The notes under the pieces: model-generated | Database searches by the model: none | What the model saw: only the letters and a program-made list of their open reading frames with translations | Told to the model about the DNA's origin: nothing | Part shown: one piece after another, positions 13,294-24,571 of the stretch | How positions within the stretch are numbered: position 1 is the first letter of the stretch | Layout: each line of letters opens with the position of its first letter | Position numbers and translations under genes: made by a program | NCBI GenBank assembly: GCA_002633005.1 | Contig: NMRA01000228.1 | Span: forward strand, 53,881-117,880 | DNA from: Phoronis australis | Lineage: Eukaryota; Animalia; Phoronida | Length of the DNA: 64,000 nucleotides | Direction of reading: 5' to 3'

Positions 13294-14071
13294 CTAGAAT
13301 TAGAAAATAAAATGGGAGCCACAATGATTAATGAAGAGTTTATATAGAATGTATTTTCATGCTCCTAACTATGCTAATGTTTAGCAGGAACTAAATGACA
13401 ATGCTATTTGAACACCATCTAAGCTAAACAAAGTGCAGTGTTGTATTCATTGACAACTTGCAAGTGTGAAAACAAAAAATGCTGCAAATAGGTGACCTTT
13501 GCACTAATGACTATCCTTGGGGACTTGCATAACCCACATCATGCAGTGTTATTCGTCAACACCATGTCACAATTGAATTTACTGGACATGGTTAAGGCGT
13601 ATCATTTTCCACGCAAAACTTGTTCTTAAGAACATTTGGCAATTTTCAACCTACTTCATATTCACATCGTCGCTATGTGTTGTGTTTCTAACAAATTATA
13701 CCAAGCAATCGCAGAGACAAGGAATTAGCTTGCAAGTTCCACTTTAAAGGTAAAAAAGTCAAAAAAACTCGAGAGTTATATAATATCGATGAACCCAAAC
13801 AGCAGATTATCTCTTTTTACTGAATTTAGACAGGACCCATTCACTGAGTTATGCATTTAAAATTATTGTCAAAAGGCTGAAAACTGAAAAACCTGATTTT
13901 AGCCAATTTAAGACTAGTCACGATGAAGCAGTCTCCAACAATGCACTTAAAAATTGCCAAGTGTAGTAATGAAAAATAGAGATGCCATTTTAGGCAATAT
14001 CTGAACATTGCATTTTTAAGAAATCCACAAGATTTGCCAAACTAAATACCCTCTCAAGCATTAAAGCTCAC

Positions 14072-14179
14072 CTATGCCTAGGGCAGTACGAACCATTCTT
14101 CTTTGTTCATGTTTGGGCACGGATTTGACTTCACCTTGTATTTGTAGCCTGGTCTTGGTCAAGTCAAGAGGATAAGTGA
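14072..14179 (-). CDS. UCP4: UCP4 coding exon 2 (VTYPLDLTKTRLQIQGE...MVRTALGI)
   Basis: First mitochondrial-carrier signature PLDLTKTR; ttttttag| acceptor and |gtgagc donor; 108 nt, phase 1-1. Confidence 0.95.
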
Positions 14180-14338
14180 CTAAAAAATAAAACAACAACT
14201 ATTACATTGTGTCCAATAAGAATCAAGCTTTTGTCAACTGATGGTGAACACTCGTCACGTACCATTCCCCTGAACTGTTCAAACCAAGAAATTTCCAACC
14301 TCACGACCTGATCTAGTGTCACGTTCGATTAAACTTAA

Positions 14339-15238
14339 AGGCGAAGGCAACCTTTTTTCATGTCTTTTTTAGCAAAAATAAGGTTCGTTGGTTATCCCAA
14401 AAATATTTTCCCCTTAATTACAGCTTTTCGTAATTTGATTAATTATTTGTTCACTGCTCCAGAAGTGACGTTTTGGGAGGCAAGAATTTCCAGCCTATTT
14501 CTTTTTGTATAGTCTGACTGTGAGAGCTGCCCAGTCAGTCATTTTTCTATCTCGCGGTTTTGATAAGTTCGGTTATCGTGTGCTTTTGTTTGCGAGTCAG
14601 TCAACATGCCACGCTGTTGCTGCGTACCGGGACGTACTCATTATCGTCCCACGGACAGAGGAACAACTGTCCCACTTGGCCGAGTGTCCGCGACACACTC
14701 CCACTGATAGTGACTTGAGCACGCAAACTGCTTACACCCTGCCGTGGGACACCCTCGCCACATACCTGGCACCTTCTAAATAGCTTCAATACTTAAGACA
14801 AGTCCACAATAAACTTATCAAAGTTTGGCTCACTGATCAGTTCATTGAACGACGAACTGTCCTCTTCACTGGGTGTCGAATGGGGCCTACTAGAACTTAA
14901 TATCGCAGCAGGGCTGCTTACAGGCTTTGGGCCATAATGAGTACATCCCGGTAGGCAGCAACAGTGTGGCATGTTGACTGACTAGTAAACAAAAGCAAAC
15001 GACGACTGAACTTATGACAACCGAGGTAGATCTATGACTGACTCGTCAACGCTCATATAGTCAGACTACGGGAAAAGAAATTGGCGCGAAATCCTTGCCT
15101 CCTAAAACGTCACTTCCAGACTAGAAAACGATAAATTAATCAAATTACGAAAAGCTGTAATTAAGTGGAAAATATGTCTGGGATAATCAACGAACCTTAT
15201 TTTTGCTAAAATGACATGAAAATAGGTTGCCTTCGCCT
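14339..15238. mobile_element. 900-bp MITE with ~310-bp TIRs and TTAA target-site duplication (Kolobok-type)
   Basis: TTAA|AGGCGAAGGCAACCT...AGGTTGCCTTCGCCT|TTAA; inverted similarity extends to ~14645/14935. Confidence 0.9.
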
Positions 15239-16359
15239 TTAACAAACAAGCCAGTTGTGTCGCTACCCAATGCTGTGGTAGTAAGCTGGTCAGAGCTTAC
15301 AGTCACATAAAGGCATCAGCAGGTGAAAGTTGTCTAACTTCTCTGCAAGTCAGCAGTTTTTTTCTGTTTCAAATTTTTTGGTGATAGTATTTCACACAAA
15401 ACAAATCTTCTTCATGACATTTGTCGAACGCCGTTTGTAAATAGCACTACTACTTTTAAATATTGGTAAGCATCAGGCGTGCTGTTTACAACATAATTGC
15501 TAGAATACATGAGCTTATCAGATGAACACAGACAATGAAAGCAGTCGATTATGTAAACATTGGTATGCCAACTTTCTCCCCTTGCTATCACTATCAAACT
15601 GATAACGACACAGCCGTAACCCAAGTTCCCACATCTGCGAAATTGGGAAACTCACCCGACAGCTCGGGAACATAACCTTTTTTCAAGTTGTGTAAGACCT
15701 TATCAAAAAGTCAATGTAGCTCCATACCATAAAACCATATACAACGAAAAGTTAAGACCCAGTGAAAATTGATATTTTACAATCTGCCATCAACTGGGTC
15801 ACCTGATCAAATGTTTTAGTAAAATTTAGCAAAACATGAACTAAGAACATTATGTATCAAGAAATCCAGTTTCATATAAATGTTCAGCATAAAACATCAG
15901 AAACACTGTTACAGTTTTCTAAAATATCATTCACTTTATTTTCATACCATGCAAATTTTGAGTTTTTTCATTAAAATCATAAAAGTCCTGCATCATCGCT
16001 TTCGCCAATGTCATACCCACGTAGCAATTAACGCTGCAAATCATAGCCAGGGGACCATGTGCCCCGCATATTGTAAAAACGCATGTCCCAACAGTGGATT
16101 TTTATGTTTGATTAAAATGAAATGCAGTAGAACCCATCACAATATGAACTGGGATAGGAGACAAAGTCACACCTGAGATACAGCTTAAAAATCAAATCGG
16201 AAAAGGACAGACGAAATTAAAATGAGTGACCCAGAGTTTTGGGTCTCTGGGAATCATTTGACAGGCAAGTTTATCTAAAATCATCCCTGTGCTGGTGCTG
16301 CTCTTGATAGTAACATATTCTGAGGTTTTGCAACCAATTTGAAATTTTATCTACTTCAC

Positions 16360-18660
16360 TTCACAGTAGGAACATAGTGCATGCCAATTTCCACAATCAT
16401 CCTTAGAGTGGTTTGGTTGACAGAGGGGCGGACCCCAAAACCAGACTAGAAAACAATAAAAATGACCACTAGGTGGTGCAAAATACCTTGAATCAATCCG
16501 AAAATGAATGGATAGCGTCATCTCAACAAAAGATGCCTAACTGCCAAATTTTATGGAAATACGTTGAGGACCTTTGAATATTCAGCGGTAAACGTAAAAA
16601 AAATTGCCACTAGGAAGCACACCGGTAGTCCAATCTGTCTGAAAGTCGTCGTTGTCCGATGTCGTATTAATACATTTGCTAAATTTAATAAAGACCCTGT
16701 AGAGCCATGGGCACAAAAACAAACAAAACTGCCACTAGGAGGTGCCACAGTATTCAAACTCGTCGGAAAATCAATGTCAGCCTTCTTCTTCACAGTAAGA
16801 ACATATAGACCTAATTCACGCCGACAGAGGTTCGCTACGATAGGTCTGTTGGCTTATCGGTATACTGGGCTGTATTCCGTGTTGCTCGAACGTCCAGAAA
16901 AATTACGAACACTCAACTGTCTGTTTTACAATCCCTAAGGACGTTGATATTAGGAAGCGTTGGGTCGTTGCCAAAAGCCGCGACGAAGGAAAATATGTCC
17001 GTATAAAATTTATAAATGTTTTCGAAAAGTTAGATCATATTTTGTCGCATCTCGGTTGCCGACTGGAGCATCATAGCACTGACGACCAGAGAACCTTCGG
17101 CCAGCCAGGCTGTGTTTTTATGACTACGGGTTGAAACATGATGCATTTTTCATTCCAACAACGACAGGGCCCTCAATACCTCGATTTTGGGGCCGAATAT
17201 CGGCCCTATTCCCCTCTCCGGCAAAAATATTGAAAAATCCACCGAAATTCCCACACAAGGTCTAAACATTCTATGCCCTAATGATTGAAAAGTTCTCTCC
17301 GAAGTTCAAATCACCTGTAATCACACAGGTGACACTTTGAAAGAGCACAAAAATGCTACTTGAGACAGAGCCTATGAGAGCTTACAGGTAGATTTTTCCC
17401 CTCACTCGGTGAAAAAATTCCTTCTCAGAAGGCACAGGCACCGTTCCCCAGGATGCACGAGGCCCCTGAAAAAGCAAGATAACTATGCCTGCTCTGTCCA
17501 CAAAATTGACCTCTAAGAAACGAGGTTGTGCTTTGGACGAACGAATTAGGTGTTTTCATTTTAAAATTCAACTTGGCCCAGATTGATATTTGAAATCTTA
17601 CACATGAGACGTAAGAATTATTAAAACTAAGAAAGCAGAATTGATGGTCAAATAATTTTTATTTTCAATTATGAGCCTGTTTTTTATTTTAATAGAAAAT
17701 ATTTAATAACATCAATTATTCTTTCAGATCAATGACAAATCAACTGTTAGTCCGGGTAGTCCCTACCTCACCAGGACCTAGGTTATTGATGTTCATATTC
17801 TTGATCAACAAATTAACCAGATGTGACCAATTGACAGCAATACAAGCAGATGACCTGGTGCGTGTAGAAAGCATTTTTATCAACAATTTATAAGAAGAAA
17901 CGTAACCATGAATTCAGCATAATATCTGATCTGTAATATGATCGCCGCAGTTTGGTCATATTTACTTTTCAGGTTTCGAACCTAGTTTTCTGAAAAAAAA
18001 ACTTAATACCCTTTCATCAGACAACTCTTTGGTGCATTGACTTGTTCTCTAACGTATTTTTCTATGTCTCTGTGGTTAATTATCGACACATTTTTACGAT
18101 TTAATATCCAGGTTGGACTCGAAAGACCGGCCATTTAACTCACGCAATGTCAACTTCCGCTTTGTTTATCGCAGTGAGCCTCGCTTTGGATTTTAATGTC
18201 TGCCGCGTGAATTAGGTCTATATACCAATTTTCACAATCATCCTTAGAGTGCTGTGGTTGACAGGAGGGCAGACACCAAAAAACAGACTTGAAAACAGTA
18301 AAAATGGCCACAAGGTGGCGCATGGCGCAAAATACCTCGAATCCGTCCCAAAATGGGAGGATAGCATCATCTCACTAATAGATACCTAACTGTTAAATTT
18401 TATGAAAGTCGGTTAAGGACTTCCGAAGATACAGAGGTAAGCATCAAAAACTAAAATTGCCACTAGGGGGCACACCTGTAGTTGGATAGGTCCTAAATTT
18501 GTTGTCACTCGTTGTCAGCTTCATAGGAACACATTTGCCAAATCTCATCAAGGTTCTGTGAGGGGTTTACGTCATGATACAGCTGCAGACGCCGGACGCC
18601 CAGACAGAGATGATGGCAATATGCATCCACATACAAACATATGTGGCTGCATAAAAATTC
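16360..18660 (+). mobile_element. Second copy of the same ~150-bp-monomer HINE-like family, split by an insertion at 16806-18220
   Basis: Aligns by eye to 9850-10370 (ccaattttcacaatcatcctt...tgccactagggggcacacc) and has the same 3' stem-loop. Confidence 0.7.
16806..18220. mobile_element. Non-autonomous TIR DNA transposon nested in the HINE-like repeat
   Basis: 16-bp perfect TIR TAGACCTAATTCACGC plus subterminal similarity; TA on both flanks; host repeat resumes exactly after 18220. Confidence 0.8.
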
Positions 18661-18744
18661 TTCACATTGAACAAAAAATTTCACCAGATTGCCCAAATGA
18701 ATATTCAATTCCAAGTTCACACATACATAATGTTGAGATTAAGC

Positions 18745-19230
18745 AGGATTCTGAGTTCGCGCACAAGCTTTTCAGCGAATTTTGCCTCACACGGGCCGGT
18801 TAAACCATCAGTCACGTTTTATATTTTAAGCACCTTTTGAGCACAGAGGGACACCATCGATGTCTTTAATCTCTTCCGGCAACTCAATCAAATCCTCCCG
18901 TAATCAAACTTGAACTTTTTTCAAGCAGTCCTTCATTCAGTTGCCCAAATTGGCAAATGACCATTACTCTGCTTGCGCAAGATATGACGTCACATCCCAA
19001 TGGCGTGTGAAGGGCAAAAATGGCCAGTTGCTAATTTGGGTAAGTGAATAAAGGACTGCTCAAAAAAAATTATTACAGGTCTGGAGTATTTGTTGAGTTG
19101 GAATGAATTGAATTGACAGCGTCCTAAAACTCCTAAGGTGTCCCTATGTTCAAAAGGTTATAAACGTCACTTTGATGTTTTAATCAGTGTGAGGAATAAT
19201 TCGCTGAAAAACTTTGAGTGTATGAAGTTC
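18745..19230. mobile_element. Degenerate palindromic MITE centred on TGACGTCA
   Basis: Paired arms, e.g. ttttcagcgaatt/aattcgctgaaaa, agcagtcctt/aaggactgct, cccaaatt/aatttggg. Confidence 0.7.
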
Positions 19231-19661
19231 CTTTGGGAGTTTCATATGCCCGAACCTTTTTGAGCTGCATGTCCAGACGGTGGCACCATAGACTAACATC
19301 TATGGTGGCACTGACTTTTTTATGCCTTGAAATGAAGAATAGGTTTTAAAAGAGGCAAATCTGAGTTCCGATGTACCACATGCATGCACTTTTAATGCTC
19401 GCTATGACACTACAAATATAGTACAACAAGTGGTTGATAAGAGTGTCTGCGATCAGGTGACGCACTAGTACCATGCATGCCCATGGACATGGTTATGGCC
19501 TGGGCTGGGGGGCGAGGCTGCGTGCTACCGTGTCATTGCATTTAACTGACCGGTCTAATGACTGAGTGTCATCTACCCACCCACGCATTTTTCAAAGGTT
19601 CCCGGCATGACTGTAACTCTAGTTACACGAAGAATTTTTTGTTCAATTATCTGCTCCGTAC

Positions 19662-19755
19662 CTGTTTCTGCGACAGAAGCTGCACAGGCTGAAAGAAAAT
19701 ATTTAAATGCAAAGTTTCTAAAAGGTACACGTTTTTGCTTCGCATCTTGACCCAT
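19662..19755 (-). CDS. UCP4: Mitochondrial uncoupling protein 4, coding exon 1 (MGQDAKQKRVPFRNFAFKYFLSACAASVAET)
   Basis: ATG at 19755; KYFLSACAASVAE matches UCP4 helix 1 (human KFLLSGCAATVAE); phase-1 donor ACAG|GTACGG. Confidence 0.9.
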
Positions 19756-20227
19756 TTTCAAGTCCTTATATTCACCACTAGAGGGCAGCAACACCTACAC
19801 GTTTTGCGAGTATTCCTACGACCTATAATAACACGTCTATGCATATCCGATCAAATTAAGTGTCAAACCTGCAGTAAGATTGTTTTCGTCGCAAAAGTAA
19901 ATATAAACTACCCATTACTAGTTCAAGGCTTTTTCAATCCAATAATTCATTAATACTGAGTCTAAATATGCCGGGCATGTGGCGCAGTAATTTTGAAAGT
20001 ACTACTTTCTGAATGGCTGTTTAGTGTCGTTTATTTCCTGGCTGAGACGGTTAATTAACACACATCTTCTACTTGTTTTAATTATTTGTACTTTTACAGT
20101 TATTAGCTGAGTGTTAACTTATCACAGATTGACGACGATTTGACTGTATATTAAGTATACAACCAAGTGTTGGGACTTGGGAGTGCAGGACAATTGTGTG
20201 ATTCGGTGAAATCAGAAATCGAGGGAA
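19756..20227. promoter_or_regulatory. Putative bidirectional promoter between UCP4 and GRB2, containing the CTCF-like motif CACCACTAGAGGGCAGCA (19773-19790)
   Basis: Divergent start codons are only 472 bp apart; the motif fits the CTCF core CCAC(C/T)AG(A/G)GGGC. Confidence 0.6.
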
Positions 20228-20305
20228 ATGGAAGCGAGAGCCAAACATGACTTTAACAAAACAGCTGAGGATGAACTGGCCTTCAAAAAGAACGATGTCC
20301 TCAAG
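20228..20305 (+). CDS. GRB2: GRB2/Drk adaptor, coding exon 1 (N-SH3 start, MEARAKHDFNKTAEDELAFKKNDVLK)
   Basis: Closely matches the GRB2/Drk N-terminus MEAxAKxDFxxTAxDELxF; 78 nt, phase-0 donor AAG|gtttgt. Confidence 0.95.
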
Positions 20306-23300
20306 GTTTGTAAAAGGCCTTACCCTTTAGCCAAAAATGGTTTTAGTGAAGTGAGGTGTGACGTCCGGATTCTATTCTTCTCTATGCCCTCTCCACTGGC
20401 AGTGTGGGGCATAATCCGTCTGAGTGCGTGAGCGTGGATGTAGCGGTACCCTGATTTAGGGAACAGGCAGTTACAGATTAAGGGCCGGTTATGAGCAGAT
20501 TAAGTTGATGAAATTGGTTCTCAAAATTCAGGGACCGCTATTTTCGACTGAAGTGGAGCTCGTCTTACCGTTGTTTCTAGACCAGGGTGAGAACATAATC
20601 TGATATAGTGATAGTGATTTAGTGTTAATTAGTGAGTGATGAGTCATCAGAGAGTCTGAATGTTTTCTCTACTGGGTCCCATTTTGTCAAATATTGTTTA
20701 ACGGTCCAATTTGGCGTGCTGAAATTGCAGCCTTTGACGACCTGAGCTTAAGGCTTACTTGCTAAATGGGACTTCAGCTTTCTGTTGCTCATTCAGTCAT
20801 TGCCTGATGCGAACTCAGTTTCCGACAATGGTGGACAGTGCCATTCTCACGCTTGCTAAACCATGTCAGCCGGGTCAACTAAAACTCACTAATAAAGTAG
20901 TGGCGAGAAACAATTGAAAATCACTCAACGCCTGTCTGCTATTGTCGCCATCTGCCGATCTTGGTTAATCCAGATGCGCTCGAAAAACAACAGTGGCACG
21001 ATAATAGGGTAAAGTGCAAACACACATCTTAAAATGTGTCGATGTAATCAACACATTTAGTTTTGCGAGGGAAAACCCGCCAAAACTTCCTGATCGTCGC
21101 ACGGCCTGCACTTAAACCACCGGCGCTTTCTGTCGTGGGGCGAAACAACGAGTGTGCACCTGTCGAAACTTCCTGATCATCACGGCCGATCACCGACGCT
21201 TTCCAGCACTGGGCGGAAGAACAGATGCGGAAACCTAAAATCAGTTCTCCGCCAACCAGGGGGTCAGGGACTATATCGTGACGTACCTGTGCTCCCTGTC
21301 TACCAATAGCCAGTGCGGAGGCCACGGGTTGGCGCCGATATAGCCAAAAGTGGACCGCGGCACTCGAACAGATACACATGTAGGGACACGACTGCTAAGG
21401 CCTTAATGCAGCGTAGGTCCAATGGACCACTAGCACTAATATTGCCGCCCTGGCAAGGAAGCCCAATGTATCATTTGGATGCCCACTATCAATAGGAACC
21501 TTTCAAGTTTGGACACACAGTGGTGGCTCATTTTTCAAAGCAGGAAGGCATACAATACAAAGTATATACAAAGTCTTGGTCTACACAGTTTTTTAGTAAA
21601 AATGCTCACTACAGAAGGCTGTTTTGTAAATCTAGATGTAAAGACCTTAGTCAATGCATTTTTTTGTAAAAAAATCTGTGTGTTTGGGAGGATTGCTGGG
21701 GGTGGGGGGTTATGCGGCGGAATCATGGACGCCCTGGAATATTGCAAACCCCATTTTGGACACCCTATTTTCGAAATCCTGGATAAAGGCCTGGCGGGGA
21801 CCGCAACGATAAGCCCAGTCAAGAGCCGAATCGGAGCAGACCATCAACTGAAGACCTGGCGTATGCTCCCTGATGACTAAAATCGATTTCGCTGCCTGTC
21901 TCCTTTTAGAAAGCAACAGAGATGGCTAACAAACGACACATTTCAAAGTACCCAGGAATGTATTGTTTACCAGTCATTTGTGTCGCTTTCTCGAAGGAGC
22001 CTTGAAAACATAAAGGCAAGCAAATGGATACGGTGGTCTACATGGTGAAGTTGGTTTGCAGGGTCTGGCCAGGACGAAGCGCTGCAGTCCTCCATAGTCC
22101 CTGCAGATACGATCCTTCGTATCTGTGAAAAATTTTTAGCATAGGGCTTCGTGCTGATTTTTTCAAGCATTCAGAAGGGAGTATGTAGTCTAAATATGTT
22201 TGGATAGAGCTTTGCTCACCAATATATTAGACGAAAATCTATACCATTCAGTGTTTCCCTTCCATGCACGCCCATCTTGGAAGGTACGGTGTGAACTCTT
22301 GACATTTCAACATGTATCAGGATTCAGGGGCAGGGACATAGGGAAATGCAGCCCATGCGATGGGCCCTCACAAATCGGGTCATGAAGTGCCAAACCTTGG
22401 TGATGACCAGCTGTGACACCAGGGGCGAAGTTAGAGATCACAGGAGGAATAGTAACGATCAGGGGAATTGTGGTTGTTGTGGGAGGAAGAAAATAATGGC
22501 TACAGGGGTAAAAGGTTGTGGTTACGGGGGAGTGGCAGCAGTGGCGAACCCCTGGGGGTGAAAACAATGGCAACCAGAAGAAGAGAAGTTGAGAAAGCTG
22601 AGTTACAAGGAATAGTGACAGGGAAAAAATGGTAGCGGCCTGGCGGAGGCAAATGATATTTGCCCTCAATAATATTTACCTTTCTACGTGCCTGGAAACA
22701 ATGACGTTCTTTCATATTTGCAGACAAACTTGTCTTTAGATTGTTGAATATAAAGCTCCATAGACTTATTGTTTTTCTAAACTAGTGGTTTGCATTTTCA
22801 TAAAAATTGACTGAAAATATAGTATCTCTGTGGCGCAGCTCTGATCATCTGAGATTTCTCACACACCACCCCCCCATCGCCGATGATGTCATGCAGCCTC
22901 AGGCCCTCCAACCAATACTGTTTGGACCATCCCTCGATGGTTCTCCCTTCCCCGTTAGGGTGCCACACGCCTCACTTCCGGGATGCGGCCTGAAGAAAAA
23001 ATTTCTTTTAAGTTCAAAATAAACTTTAATGTGAAACAAGATCTGCTTTTAGATTGGTGCCAAGTTGACAAGGTTTCTCAGAAAAAAAAATTCTGAGCCT
23101 TGCACCCTCCAACCTTGTCCACTTCAATTGCTGTCAGACGACAATTGTTTTGTGCCTTTATTACCGATAATGCATTAAAGCTGTCAATGTCTTTTAAATG
23201 GGAACTGCATTTTTACAAGGCGTAAATAAAATGGAGGATGAAAGCGTCTTAATCCAAGGTGTCTAGTTACAATGGACATGAGTATGCACATCTGTGGTGG

Positions 23301-23545
23301 GACCATCATTCTGTTTCATTGACTAGACTGCTAATGAACCTCTGTTTAAGGAAAGATAGTTAGGAACTTAGGACCTTTCTCTACAGTTCTGTGTGTGAAT
23401 TGTGTGCACAGTGCAAGTACATTGGAAAATGTATTTACATATTATGTAAATGTGTTTTAATATGATGATAAATATTCAGTTGTGAGAATTGTGGTTATAC
23501 AAGGGGACAGCAGTCATGAAAATCTGGCTGTGCCGATCGCAGATG

Positions 23546-24571
23546 CCGTATTCGCCGTAATAACCGCCCAGGGCTCTTAGAAAAGTCCATTCCAGGGGGG
23601 GCGCTTATAACCCAAGGCCCATTGAAAGCCAGTCTCCGAAACGGGTGAAATCGAAAGCTAAGATTCATCATATTTACGCTCTGTGACGTATCTGTAATCT
23701 ATGAAAGACTTTCTACGAAACCGTGGTGCATTGCTATCAAACTTTGCTGCTAAATTACGATCGTTTTACAGAAAATTGTGCTGAAATCCCTAGGCGAAAA
23801 CTCACCGACTGACTGCCTCGCAATCGTCGATGTGGTGACTTGAATGCTTGAATAAAATACAGTTTCGACTCAAGCAAATTACCTGAAATCCTCTTTAAGT
23901 TTTCCATGTAGTGTCCCTAAGATTTTTAAGTTCCCATGGGGTCGAGATTAACGACAGGTTTAAGTAAAAATCTGTGTTACAACGTGCCATCTACATGTAT
24001 GATCGGCAACATGATAAAAATATCTGGACGAACACACATGTTGTTGTCACATGACATTTGTTTTGAAGTTCGTCTGCGTTTGTGAATAAGCGAGCGCATG
24101 CGTGTTACCAGAGTTCATTTGCCAGAGAAAATACCGTCTTTTGGCCAGAGCCACGCATTCTAACGAGCTAGATGTGCATTGTATCTAAAGAAATTTACTC
24201 AAGCAGTAGGCCTAAACCAGACCGTGTTTCACTACTTCTGTTCTGAAAGGCCACTGGCAGACCACTGGTCCTCGCAAGATCAAAACTTTTTGTGTTCGTT
24301 TTGAGGCATGGCGGAAGTTTGAAGTGTATAGTCACGGCTAAATACCGACATAGCGGCGAGGCTCGTGGTCTACAAAGTCTGCGCACAATGATTTTTTTCA
24401 GGACTGTCGGATATTGTTGATAAATTGAAGACGTTATTGTAGAATTTTAAGATTGTAGGTAAGGCATTTTTCGCACGTACACGTTCATGGACTGGGCGCT
24501 TATTTTAGCAAAGTCTGAAAATGCGTGGGGGGTGCTTACAGGGGTATGGTCGGTTATTACGGCGAATACGG
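23546..24571. mobile_element. Tc1/mariner-pogo-type MITE in GRB2 intron 1
   Basis: 21-bp perfect TIR CCGTATTCGCCGTAATAACCG; TA on the right flank, TG on the left. Confidence 0.85.

Noticed and set aside
21030-22630. GC-richer block in GRB2 intron 1 with weak Mutator-like hints (VSKA-YPNIF on the minus strand, G-rich subterminal-like repeats)
   Set aside because: Probably a decayed transposon, but too degenerate to classify or delimit
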